A program made the position numbers and the translations under genes. A stretch of DNA of 64,000 nt from Vicugna vicugna (lineage: Eukaryota): contig MU058337.1 of assembly GCA_013265495.1 (NCBI GenBank), positions 6,306,716 through 6,370,715 on the forward strand. The letters are read 5' to 3'. Positions 12,461-25,608 of the stretch are shown piece after piece. Numbering within the stretch: position 1 is the first letter of the stretch; each line of letters begins with the position of its first letter. A model generated the notes under the pieces. It was not told where the DNA came from, did no database searches, and saw only the letters and a list, made by a program, of their open reading frames with translations.

Positions 12461-13689
12461 TGCTACTAGCACTACCATTACTGTCACCACTGCTGTGACC
12501 ATGTCCCCAGCGAGGCTGCTGCCACTACCATTACCAGGGTGATCACCTCTATCTGACGGCTGTTACCAGCACCACCACGACCAATGCCGCATGGCTGCTA
12601 TCACAGAAAGGGCCAGTGAGAAGCAGAGCGTTTGGATTACGACAGGATTCTAGGATTCCAGAGAAGCTTTAAGGGGTCTGCGAAACATCAGCATTCGTGA
12701 AGATGTAATGAGCAGAGGCTGATTCACGCCTAACGCTGCCTGTCCCCTCTAAACAAACCCTTGTAAATCACAGACTGAATCGTCCTTTTAAGAAATAAGT
12801 CTCAGGTGCTATGTATATATGACACAGCATCAGTATTTGAAGACAAATACATTTAAAAGAATTAAAAAACTCAGAATATCAGCTGGAGGAGATGCTAATC
12901 ACATGCAGGTAGCCTGAAGTTAGGAGCATGGCTTACGCTGGAGGCAGTTGTGAAACAGGATAGTTTTTAGCAGACGGTGAGCAGGAAGAGTACGAGCAAA
13001 GACAAACGGCCTGATGAGTTAGTGAAAAGGAGGAAGATCTTTGGAATGTGGAAAGTGAGTGGGTGTAAAATGAAGAGACATCATTAACATTTTGCTTTTT
13101 AAGAAGGAAGCATGCAGTCATTTAGCTTTAGCTCTACACAGAAAATAGAACCTGTTAGACACTAGGAGGATTAATCTGGGACCTTACCAACAGTTTTAGG
13201 AAGCCGGAGGAGCAAAGAAGGAGCAGTGGAAGGTTTGGAAGATGAATTTGGCAGGGAAGGTGGAGGTGGCTGAACAGTAGGGAGGAGAGCTGAGGTGAAT
13301 GTTTGGGTCAATTATCTTAATATGTGACCAGTCCTGAGATGTCTACTTGCCCAGATGGAGGGTCTCAGTGGACCAGAGCCATCCTTACTTCACAAACAGA
13401 TAGAGGAAACCAAAGGTGCCTTCTGTTTTTAAAATTCTTCTCAGAGCCCACTAAATGTAGCCAACAAGATTCACCTTTTGAAATATTCAGGCAAAATAAC
13501 CAGACAGGAATAGACAAGTTTTTATTTTAACTATCTTTTGATAAGGAAATCTGGAAAAATCAGGCCAAGTATGCCAAATAGGAAGCTAGCTACCTACTGA
13601 GGTGAAACAATTGGATTTAGAAGCATATTGTAATCCAACAGAGTTTCCACATTTGCTAGCAAATTAGACATTGTGCTTAATTTTCTGTT

Positions 13690-13800
13690 TTTTAATAGCT
13701 TTACTGATGTATAATTTTCATACCATAACATTCACCCATTGTTAAATGTATATAATTCGTTGACTTTACTAATTACATGGAATTCTGCAACTATCACCTC
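13690..13800 (-). mobile_element. L1 3'-end fragment (antisense)
   Basis: tttaatagctttactgatgtataattttcataccataacattcacccatt is typical L1MB/MC terminal antisense sequence. Confidence 0.55.
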
Positions 13801-16800
13801 ACGCTCACATTTTTTTGAGACTGGAAATCTTATTTGAAAATATTTTATTTTTAACACTGAGATAAATGTGTAAAATCTGTATCTAATTTAGAACGCTTTA
13901 TGTCAAATTTAAGCTGATATTGCTTATGAGAACAGCAGAGAATGAAGGCCATTTTATAGCAGCTTAACAGCTAAGATCAATAATGCTAAACTTCTATTTT
14001 ATAAGCTGTCGGCTAATTCTTTCTTTGGAAAATACATCTAAATGAACTACTGTTAACTTGAAGGCACTTTAAACTTTAAAACATTTACTAAGATACAACT
14101 GATGAACAATAATCAATGAAATAATTGGTGAAATTTTTTTCTTTCAACTATTCTAGAAGGGAACAAAAGGCCAGTAGCATATATATTGTTAAAAAGTAAA
14201 ACGAATAATTTCTTTTTAGCACTGTCAGAAATTTAGAAACTAGGTAGTTAAATAGTATTTACTAAATGTACACTGTCTACCTATTTCCGTCCAAGATGCT
14301 GCAGGGAGATATGTGATGGAGAGTGAGAAATTCTCCCAGTTTTTTTTTTTTTATGGAGGTCCACTAACCTAAAATGGAACGAATACAGAATTCTAGAAAC
14401 TCTTGATTTTTTTCAGTAAAGTAAAACTGAATTTGCCTGCTTTTAATATAAAAAAGAATTACAAAATTCTTTAATAAGTACCACAGAAAAATTAGAATGT
14501 TCTGAACTTCTCTATTATAATCAGCTAAAGGACAGAAGGCAAGGGATAGTGGTGGGGTGTGGAGATGATGTGGTGAGAAAGGAAGAGAGATGTAAAGAAA
14601 AAGAGGAAACAGAAAAGAATCCATGGAAAGGAGAATGGGGAAGGAACACAAGCAGACCCATACCTCCTAAGACAGAGAAATACCGGAAGAGAAAAAGAGG
14701 GAGGAAGATGTCCAAGGAGTAAAACCATTCCTTCATGGCCCTTATTTGGCTCTTGCTATTAAAGGCACTGAAAGGCATTGTGTTTTTGTGCAACCACCGG
14801 TGTAACTGAGAATAGGACTTCAGGAAGCTTCCTTTGAGTGAGATGAAACCGAGCTCGGAGCCAGATATGGCCTCTGTGCCAAAGACTCCCACTCCGGCTC
14901 TGAGAGTTTCCAACCTACCTTGGGAGACTGAATTACTAATAAAGCAGAATGGGGTTTGCAGCGATCAGAGCCGAGAAGTCTTTCTGGGGCAGTATGGGTG
15001 GACAAGCACAGGACAGAACTGAGAAGGAGGGAGTGACATGGGGAATAATAGCTCAGAAGGTTGGGAAGGTACAAGGATACTCTGTGCTCTTTCCTTCCTC
15101 ATCAGTTTCTGCTCATGCTAAAAAAAAAAGTATATTACTAAGAAAAAGATACTAATCTGAACTAATCAAATTCACATTTTTGTTTGAATAATTTCAAGGC
15201 TCTACCTAGGTTTTTTTTTTTTTTTTTTTTGGTCATTAGCATGGAGATTCTTGTGACTGAATTGAAACCACATTGCAACTAACTATGTTCATATCTTTCT
15301 TTATAAAGTGAGCTCTGAATTCTGGTTGGGGTCTATCACCATCTTGGCTGTGAGTGACCTTGAGTAACTTCCAAACTCTTGTTGGGTCTCAGTGTATTTT
15401 TTTAAGTTGTAAACTGAAAGAATGTAACTAGAACATTTCTGAGATTTCATCCAACTAACAGAATTACATTTTTTAAACTGAAATTGAGCAAAAAAAAAAT
15501 TGAAAAATATAAATCAGAATAGAACTTTGATGAAAATATCCTTAAGAATGTTATAAATTAAAGAAGCAAACAATTTTTAAAATTCTCAGATTTAACCTAC
15601 ATACAAAATCTCTTCTCTAATACTAAACCAGCCACTTGCCACTAAAACTATGTGAAATAAGATACCATCAACACTAAAATTATACTGCCTTGCTCTAAAT
15701 GTTTAGGAATCTGCAATTTGTTATTGATCAAATCAACCTTAAAATCATCATTGGCAGACTCAACTTTTCTAAGAATTTGACTTTTTAAAGTCAAAATTAA
15801 GGCATATAGTTCTAAAAATTTTTAATGAACAAGAACATAAAGGGAGAATGCAAGAACTAAGCATCTCAAAAGTAGATAGATATCCCTTTATCTTTCATTT
15901 TCACTGGCAATCATTCAGTTTTGATTTTAGTATTTCTGCTTACAAAAATAAAGGGGGCAAGGCTGTGGGTGGTGGGATGCATGAGTGTGGGAGGGGACAC
16001 TGTTGTCTATTAGTGGAATCAACCCTTTCCTGTGACAAAGACAACAACCAAATCTTTCGATGGTTTATTTGATCTGCGTGAAAAAGTGGCAGTGGGATTT
16101 CTGGCACTTGAATAAGCGGAAACAATATTTTTGGCTAGAAAGACTTCTGAGTTCTCTAGGGGAGCCTTCTAGAAGGCCATCTGGACCAAACAGTATTTCT
16201 TTTGTAAATCCCTGCATTTGGAAACACAAACGAAAAGGTGTGTGAGCCACAATCACATACCTATGAAAATAATTTGCTTTCAGTATTGGAGAGGGGCTAT
16301 TATTCTTTGTAGTTTTCTAGATGAAAAGACTTACATGAGTAAAAAACCTTTTACTTCCTTTTTTCTTTCTTTATTAAGATGTAAGTTCCCAATTTATATT
16401 CCTGTAGAGGATTTGCTTATTAATGTAAACATATTAATCTGCATTATTGCTCTCACTTGAGTGACGTTAGAATGCTTTGGTTATGTGTTGTTTACAGTTG
16501 TTATGCCAGAAGTGACTGCATTTTTGACCTTTATAATTACTATTTAAACCTGGATTTTAAAGGTGGACGCTTTCCCTTCCTTGGTTTTTAACCAGTTTGT
16601 GAAGCTATAATGAACAAAATATATTGAAGAAGTTAAGTAAAATCTTTCTACAACCAAATAAAGCATTTACAGATTTAATATGAATAAAATAGAGTGCCTG
16701 GAATGCTGAAAACAAAGCCAAGACATATCTGTAGCCAGACATTGCAGAAATATGAATATTCCAGCAAAGTACCTTTAAAAATCCAGCTCATATAATATGC

Positions 16801-19800
16801 ATGTTGCCACTTGTAATATATTTTACTATTCTTTCATATTTTTCTGTTAGAGCCTCTATTTAAGAAAAAATGGTAAATTCTTAAATTAGTATTTCCTAGG
16901 ATTATCAACCATTTTAAAAAAGCAACTATTTCCTTTAGCTGTCATTTTTGCCCAAAAGGTAATGCATCTGGCACTGAGTTTATGGTATAGACTTGAAAAA
17001 ATACACAGTTATCATACATATATCAATGTATACATAGTATGTGTTATATACTTATTTATATACAAATTATAGTTTCTGTTGATATCAACTAATACTAACT
17101 AATTATTTGCTTGAGATGGTTTCATTTCAATTATCTAATTTTTATATTGTATACACCTCTTAGTTGATTAAAAAAAGAACTGTTAAAATCATATTTTAAA
17201 ATGAGCAATACTAAATTCAGTTCTAAATGGAAAATTTTCAAATATTAGAATCACCATTGTTATGAAAAAAATGAAATCAAAAATGAAATTAACTTTTAAG
17301 AAAACCCTTTACAAATTTAAAACAAATCATATGGAAGTGATTTATCCTGGCTAAAGTATCTTACCAAACAATTTAAAGCTAAAATAATTAATGACATGCA
17401 GGTTATATCTCAAAATATATTTTTCTGGAAGGACGGAAGGAGGAGTCAAGTTTGATTAATATTGCAGATATATACCTAACAACTGATGTCAGTTAAATTA
17501 GAAATATATTACCTTATGGGAATTAAAATAGGAGCATAGAGAATGCAGAGTGTTTAATTTTTTCCTAACAGATTTTAATGAGGCCCTAATATCTCTGTAG
17601 CCCTGATTCTTATTGTGGGGATTTCTGTACCAGATAAAATTCTTCAGCCTGAGAAAAACTTTGGTTTCTTGAAGCAAAGCAGTCACAAATATCATTGCCT
17701 GCCAAACGGTGACAGATTATATGAGCAGGTTATCATTTTAAAATGTAAAGTAATTTTCACCCAACATTAGACTAAGGGCATCAAACTTTATTTCCTTAGA
17801 ACTACTAATTAATACAAGACAAAACAATTTCCTGTGATACTAAATACTGAACCCCAATAATTTATCTACTCGTGATCTGCATATTCTCATGAATTTTGTT
17901 ATCTGGAGGGGACAGAAAAAAGGCAGAACTTTTATTTTTGAATAATAATAATAATTATTACTACTACTGTAGAAAATACAAGTGACCCAGCATTAACTGT
18001 GAACTTCAGCTATACCTTTTTGTCTTAGGGCAGAATATAATTTAAGATGGGAGCAGGAAGTAGAGAAAAGCAAGGATACATAATTTTGCCTTCTTAGGTC
18101 ATTTCTACTTAAAAGCATCACTTGCATGAAATTTTCATCAGAGGGGGACAAAAGGTCTTTGAGAAATTTATAAGTATCTCACTAGGACACAAACCATCAG
18201 TTTCCCATCATTGAGGAAGTCACCTGTGCTTTGGACAAAGCATCCGAGGGTTTATGTTTTCATCAGTGATTCACATTTGAAATAAAACAGATTAGATGTT
18301 TGTTGGAAGCAATACTTTATACAACTGAGCAACCTATTTATACTAAATCTTTACAAACAGAACCTACATTATTTAAACCCCAAGACCCCTCAAGACCCAG
18401 AGTCACCTACCTGCAGACCCAATTTTTGTGACCAGCCAATTTATAGGCAGAGTGAAAGAAACATGCGAACTGGATAAAACAACCATATGTCCCCACTGGA
18501 AGCCCCATTACTTGAATCATTTAAACCTTGCTGGACAAAGCACCAGGAGAATTTGCTGTAGGAAACAAACCTACACGAACGGGGCAGGGAAGAAATGACC
18601 TAATAGTTAGTCTCTCTTCTGCTCTAATTTCTATGGTTCTGTGTTAAGAAAAGCTGTTCTTCCACACTGTTGTGAAAGCTTATGCCCAACAAGAGGGTTT
18701 TTCTTATTTCAAAAAAAAAAAAAAAAAACCAGTTCAGAATTTAACATTTAAGTTGCCATCATCAAAGGCAAGGACACTTTAGAGCAATTTTCCCTGGGAA
18801 TAATACTTTCGAGATACAATGGAAAAGTGCTGTTTTTCCCTCATTCAAGAACTTAAATGACAGTAAAAGACTATGCTTCTAGTTTGAATTTTGTTTGCTG
18901 GCTACTGAAACTTAGGGTAACCTCTTCCATACCCCAGCCTGCTTATGATGCCAGTGGCATCCTTTGATTTTATCCAATGTGAAACCCAGTGTAGACAGCT
19001 AATGGAGGCAGTACTGGCCCAGAATGGAACTCTACTCGGTCTGCTGTTCTGATGGTCCCATCCTGCTTCAGTTTAGTTCAGTAGGGAGTATTTATCACAT
19101 GCGTATCCTCAGCTAGCATAACATACACACAGAGGTATAGAACATCTAGTGAGTGTGTGCACAGGCAAGCATGTGATACAGAGGAGTGGACAGAGTTATT
19201 TGCATGTATAAATGTAAAAGTACATGTCTTTCTCTCTAGATAAATGTCTTTATTCATGCAGGATCTGGATTTTGGGGTCAAGACATAGAAATGGACATAA
19301 AACAGAATGTCAACTGAAAAAAATTTTTATGAACTGCAGTTTTTTTTTTGATAGTCACTACTGATTTGAAATGAAAGGATGCTATTTATCCTGAAATTGC
19401 TATAAGTCTAAAAGGTGTGTTTCCAATGTCACATATTCTGCCTTTTGATTTTAAGTTCAAGTTTGTGCAAAGATGGGCCTGCAAATGTGTGAGGGTGAGC
19501 ATGCATGCACGGTTGGAGTTGAAGGCAGGTAATGAGAGGGAGGGAGTGACCCATTTAATATTGTTACCCACTTCCAAAAGTCCTGGGATTTTTAGGTGTT
19601 TTTCACTGCCAGGGAAAAGTGTAAGCCACACTTCTCACATTGATGTCAGTGGTTCACCACTAAAAACGAGTTTTGTTCTTTTTTTTTTTTTGTTGGGAGG
19701 ACTGTTTAACATTTAGAACCTTAATGTTTCAACATTTTTTTCTCCCCCAAGGACTTCTGCATTACAGGTATTAAAACTTCACTCCTTACTGTAAGCAACA

Positions 19801-20630
19801 ATGCTGAGTTTAGATATAACCTCTGGGATAGATTTATAAATGTAACTTTCCCCCCATTCCTCTTAAAAAGAGGCAAACAGTATTATTGCAAATAACCTTT
19901 AAGATAATTAACTGACAATGCTGCAACTAGCATAAAATCTTCCTTCAGGCGACACCTAATTTAAGTGTTACTGGCACAAAGTGGAGACAGATTGTGCATC
20001 ACCACTGCAATATTTACATAGCAGAAACCCACAGAGCAGGAAACGCGAGGCTCAATGATGCACTAAATTAGGAACAACCGTACTCCAGTGTTAATTTGCT
20101 TTCCATTCTATCCAAATCTCAGGTCCAGAAATTGGTACTAACACATATACAACCTCCCACTCTTAAATGACTAAACCGGAGGAGATTTTTGTACTTTTTC
20201 CTCCCAAATTAAAATAACTTGAAATTTATTTCTTCTCTCTGCAAGAACCATTTGATCAAACTGTGTTTATTTCATTACAACTTGCTCTCATTTTGATCTA
20301 AAATTATTTTCATATGAATGCTGCATCAGGGTCTACAGAGTAAAACTAAACAGACTTCTATTTTCCCAAAGGCTGCTAATATAGTTTATGAAAAGAATAA
20401 AATGAGAAACTTGAGAGCCAGTTAGTGAAATATTTAGGAATATGGAAGGGGAAATTCACCTTAAGTGAATTACTCACTGATGAATATTGTTCCTCCTAAC
20501 CCCACGTACAAACTTCTCCCCAAAATACTATGAGTTTCTTAAAACCACTCAAATATACATAGATATTTTTCATTCTTCCCCACAGTATTTTAAACACCAG
20601 TTTCACCCAAGGCATTAACAAAACATTTAC

Positions 20631-20755
20631 CTTTCCTAATTGTTGATGTTCTTTAAAGGCGGCAATCAGTTCTTCAGCCCACTTAATTTTTTCAGGGGAA
20701 GGAGAAAACTGCTCCTGGACCACTGCAATTTGGTTAGGGTGGATCACCTGCTTAC
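20631..20755 (-). CDS. CLYBL: CLYBL coding exon 7 (125 nt): (G)KQVIHPNQIAVVQEQFSPSPEKIKWAEELIAAFKEHQQLGK
   Basis: Acceptor ttctcgtag|GTAAGC and donor AAG|gtaaat, phase 1/0. Contains the GKQVIHP CitE motif; also seen in ORF 20496..20825. Confidence 0.97.
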
Positions 20756-23700
20756 CTACGAGAAGATTAATAACACCGGAAACACAAAACAACAAACAGA
20801 TGTTCAAACAAAATGTCTCAACCACGCCAGGCTACTGAATGCCTCACAAGACTGTATGTAAAATAACTAATTATTTTTTAGAACTTTTAAAAAAGAAAAT
20901 AACAGCAATTGGGCAGGCTTTTCCAGAATACCACATAAGAACAAATCCAACAATGGGAGTAATTGTGTTTCCGAGCCTATAGAAATGCCACCTTAGTGTA
21001 GATAATCTCTCATTTTTAGTTACAGGTGGATTCACCAGGCAGCCCGTTGAGTAACTGCTTTGGCTGGAACTTTAAAGGCTAATGTCTGCAAATTAGGGTG
21101 ATTATTTTGAATTAAAGTAGAAAAAAATTACATGTTAATTCTTTCAAATTGTGTAAGGTCTCTCTTGCTTATTTTGTACCATTATTCCACCTTCAATAAT
21201 TTCCTTTAAAAGTGGTCTGTTGGTTTTCATAAAGCTTACAGAAGCAGACGTTACACCCATATTAAAATCAAACAGTGTATAACAAGAATATATTTAATTT
21301 TCTTTTTTTCAGATGAATATAGTATATCCCTCCTAACCACTAACAGAAAATTGGATTTCAATGAAAAAAATTTTATTTACCATAGTAAAGTGGAAGGCAG
21401 ATTTTATTTGAACACTGTGGTCTCTAGATTACTCCATTTAAAAATATTTAAATAAAAAAATTACAGAAAATTTCTCTATCAAAAAAACCACCCCAAATTT
21501 TCCCTTTTTGCTTATGGAATGAAGATTAGATATTTCTCCCTATATAGATTCTTAGACACCCCAGAAGAAATTTTATTTCTGTAGTACTAGCTTTAAAAAA
21601 GCTGTATTTAAGGATCTTAAGTAAAAGCATTATACAAGATAAGAGTCATAGGATTCTATGAAATCATGCAGTCATTAAAAAAATAATTTAAAAATCAAGG
21701 AAGAGTAGAATCTAATAAGGTCATTAATAAAATGCAAACATAATTTAATGTTATAATGATGATATTATATTTTATTACATGATAAAATTATGGACATACT
21801 TGGTTCTTTAAAAATGAATGTATTCTTCATGATAATTTACTCTGCTAAGTATATTTGTTGGTATATCAGTTTGCTTTGCTTCTGAAATAGCTGTTTTAGC
21901 ATTTAGCCAGTACAAATTGTATCTGTGATATATTATAAAAGATCCATTCCTGTTACTGTCATTATTCTGTCAAAATAGAAAAAAGAATAATGTTTCTAAA
22001 ATTTGTTTTAGTATTTTATGAAAAAGAGTTGAAGTGAATATATAATATCTTTTCTTTACAGTGGCATAATTAAAACATCCTCACATTGCTATTTTATTCT
22101 TATCTGTCAGTGTACTAATAAAACATTAAAATCCTGTATAAATAAAGATGCTTTTAGTTATTTGAGGAATAATTTCTGGGAAAAAAATAACATCAGTGAT
22201 GACAAATGAGAGTTTTTTTTCAATAATAGACACTGAAATTATATCTAAGTAATCTAATAGTTGTTATAGTATTATTAATAAAGGATGTCAGTTATGGTAG
22301 TCATTTTGTACTAATTGTTAGTCCTGAATTTTATAATTTATGTACATAATTTACACTGATGTGTAAAAAGCCAGGTTTCATGGGAACTTCTTGGTACAGA
22401 CACCATAAATTGAGAAGCAAAACTAAACTATTTACAATGCTGTGAAATTAATGATGGCTTTCAAGTACCCATATTTTGGTAATGAGGCTAATTTTAAGAT
22501 ATATGTTAGGTTTTAGAAATTTATGAACCTCCATATGTGAAGTTATCTCCATTGAATCTTACATATCCCAACAACTGAACATCAGACTTTAATGCCATGT
22601 GGGAAAGAAGCAAATATTTTATACAGAAGAGTTGTTATTGACAAGTTACTGAGAGTGTGCAAAATTGAAGACATTAAAATTTATGACCATGAAATCCTTT
22701 TTACAGTACCACTTGATATATCGTGCTTTAAATCAATACCTGTCAAGTCTTTTAGGTAACTGTATGATGGTGTCATTTTTGTCTTCTACAAAAGACTGCA
22801 AAAAAGAAGAAAACCCATAGTGCTTCGTATTTATAATCTTTCTTCTCAGCATGTAGTACTGGAATAACTGTGATGACTAAGTCAGCTGTTAAAGCTTTAT
22901 TCCAAGATTTATTTTTGGTTTCTTTTTATAAAAATAATTCCTAAAGTTAATAGTCACTTACACAGCCAATGCATTGATTTAAAATCAATCTACATGGACT
23001 GTGGCTCAGTGAAACAATGACTACAGAAAAAGAAACTATAACCTGCTGTTTGATGCATGGCTAACTTTCAAAAACCTACAACTTGTTAAAAAAATCTAAT
23101 TTTTAAAAATACAGAAAATTCTTATAGCACAGATCCTTATCAGTGTTATGGATAACATAATACTCCATTGAATTTTAAAACTTTCAACCAAAAAACTAGG
23201 GTAGAGTATGTATCTCTCCTTTCCTTTCTCCCTTCTTTCCTTCATTATCTCCTTTCTTGTACAAAGCCAAAAATATGGCAATTAAATGACAAATAATTAG
23301 GACAAGCAGATTATGAGTGGCCTAAAATACTCATTAAAGTATTTATTGTTTAAAAATACTACAAATAATCTCATACCTTATTATCAGATTAATTACCTTT
23401 TATTGGTATGTAGAAATATAATTGGGACAACAAAGACCTACTTTCTAAAAATTGCAAAATGGCTACAAAGTTTAGCTTCCTACTTACTGATTTGTTCACT
23501 TGAATACATAATGGGCACTGTACTCTCTGTGTTCTTCATTCTCTCTTCCTCCCTCCAGCTTCCTTTTTTCTTTTTTTTTTTGGTGACTTAATACTCCCTG
23601 TTGTTGAGAAACAATAGTGCCAAGTCCATAAGCTCCTCATGCTGAGTTAGGCACAGCCTAGAAATTTAAATTTGATTTGAAATAACTTGTCTTCTACGAT

Positions 23701-24506
23701 TGCATTAGGGACCAATTTAATTCAGTCCTGTCTCTTGGAGAAACTCTCAAACTCCCTTATAAGTTCTGGAGCAAACATTTGCCCCAGAGGAGGCAGAGGA
23801 CACCCAGGTTATCCTGAGTGATGGTGAGAGAGGCCCCCATCAATCCAGTGTTTTCTATTTTTTATTGTATTAGTGCCCATTTCAGAGCAACATCTGGCTG
23901 CTTGGCAGCCAGTGCCACATTTTCAGACCAACAACATTGGAGTCTATTAGATAGATTTCACAGAGTTTTTCTCCAACTTTTCCATTTGGGCCACATCCTA
24001 ATGGGTCATTGGAAGGAGGCAGGTGTCACAGGCCACAGAGACAAGGACAATGCCAGGGATTCCGTAGAGGGACTCTTTCTTTCTCAGTCACTATTAAATG
24101 TAGGGAGGATTAATAGCTCAGATGATTGAGAAATAGTTCTAATAGAGATCATATTTATTTATTTATTTAACAAATTTGAGGAATCACATTTTATTTTAAC
24201 TCTCTATGTTAAAAACACAAACACAAAGGTCAGAGCTTTAATTCTAATATAACACTAAAATTCTTCCTTTAGTCTTTCAGTTTTACTTTGACTTCAAACA
24301 TCATCTATTAAGGTATCTTTTCCATTGAAGGTCACTTTATGAAATATTTCTTTCAGTAACCTCTAACAGAACACATTTCAAAAGTATTTACAAAAGGAAT
24401 AGCATGGATGCTTGTCTCTTGTCCTTATTTTTCAGGTGTATTTCTGATCATGACATTCTTAGGACTTGCAGGAGAAGAACAAGTAAGAATAAAAGAGCTT
24501 ATGGTT

Positions 24507-24528
24507 TGTGTGTGTGTGTGTGTGTGTG
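24507..24528 (+). repeat. (TG)n microsatellite
   Basis: About 11 TG units read directly. Confidence 0.9.
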
Positions 24529-25049
24529 AGAAACTGCAGATATGTTTGTGTATAGAATCCTAGTGTAGTTTTTCAAAAAATAGATTTCTGTTGCAAAAAT
24601 ACAATTTTCAGTTGCTCCCTGGGCTGCTGGGTATCTGAGTGATCAGGCACACCAATCAACAGATATGAGCCTGTGTTCCAGGACCGGATTTCCAGGGATC
24701 CGCTGATCTCAGTGGTAGCCAATGCCCGTAAGTGTCGCCAGGTGCACAGACACTTACTGGGAGGTGGGAGAGTAAGGAGGGGCTTGAAGTGGCAGAAGAA
24801 TAAAAAACTAGTTATGATTTTTAAAAAAGGTCTCACCAAAATTTTTTTCAGAAATAAATTAATATTTTGAGTATCTGAGGAATTTTTTATTACCCATTAT
24901 ATTCTTATTATAGTCACGTCTTGAGTTCACTCAAAAACACTTCTATAATGGCCTCATCCCTCCCCACGTGTCAGCAAAAATTTCAACAAAATAAATACTT
25001 AAGGGGACAGAAAAAAACTGGTAAGTAATATTAGGAGAAACTAAAACAA

Positions 25050-25216
25050 GTTCTTTTTTAAAAAAATGTATATAAACTTCAGCTTTTTAAAAAAAACTTT
25101 AATTTATTTTGGCGGGGGGAGATAATTAGATTTAATTTTTAGAAGAGGTGCTGGGGATTGAACCCAGGACCTTATGCATGCTAAGCATGCAGTCTACCAC
25201 TTGAGCTATACCTTTC
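25050..25216 (-). mobile_element. tRNA-Ala-derived SINE, camelid Vic-1 type
   Basis: Minus strand GGTATAGCTCAAGTGGTAGACTGCATGCTTAGCATGCATAAGGTCCTGGGTTCAATCCCCAGCACCTC (A box, AGC anticodon arm, B box), followed by an AT/C-rich tail and A-rich end. Confidence 0.8.
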
Positions 25217-25440
25217 CATAAGTGCTTTGTTTTTTGACTTGTGGAGCGAAAGACAGACATGACAATTTGGTTGGCAGGTTCTTGTTATGAATAACTTTTT
25301 CATGTTTCAAACAGTGAAATAAGTGTATGAGATCTGGATACATTAGATACACCAGTTCCTGGTTAAATTTCTATTTTTCTGGAATGTTTGCTTAATCTAA
25401 ATACTAAGATTATCATCTAAGACATCATCAAGAATCATAC

Positions 25441-25608
25441 CGGTAAATCCCATTGCAGCTCCTTCTCTCGACTGCCTGAGAAGCCCCTCTCCATCCCGGA
25501 AGTCGATGAACACCAGATCTATGGCCTGTAGACCGAAGGCCTTGGCTACAACAATAATCTTTTGTCGGGCGTAGAGAATATCTTGGGTTTCCTTACTACT
25601 TGTTGCAC
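25441..25608 (-). CDS. CLYBL: CLYBL coding exon 6 (168 nt): (G)ATSSKETQDILYARQKIIVVAKAFGLQAIDLVFIDFRDGEGLLRQSREGAAMGFT(G)
   Basis: Acceptor ttttcag|GTGCAA and donor ACCG|gtatga, phase 1/1. Translated by hand with no stops. Confidence 0.97.

Noticed and set aside
12455..12605. Degenerate (CAC/TAC/TGC)n tract resembling a Thr/Ala-rich coding repeat
   Set aside because: Directly follows a MIR end; it looks like a decayed simple-repeat tail with no splice or ORF support.
20496..20825. ORF-track proteins extending beyond CLYBL exons (also 26850-27062 and 32643-32876)
   Set aside because: Similarity to CLYBL stops exactly at GT/AG boundaries; the extensions are intronic read-through.
25145..25216. 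tRNA-Ala(AGC)-like sequence as a tRNA gene
   Set aside because: The acceptor stem does not pair cleanly and it is followed by a SINE tail; it is a SINE head.
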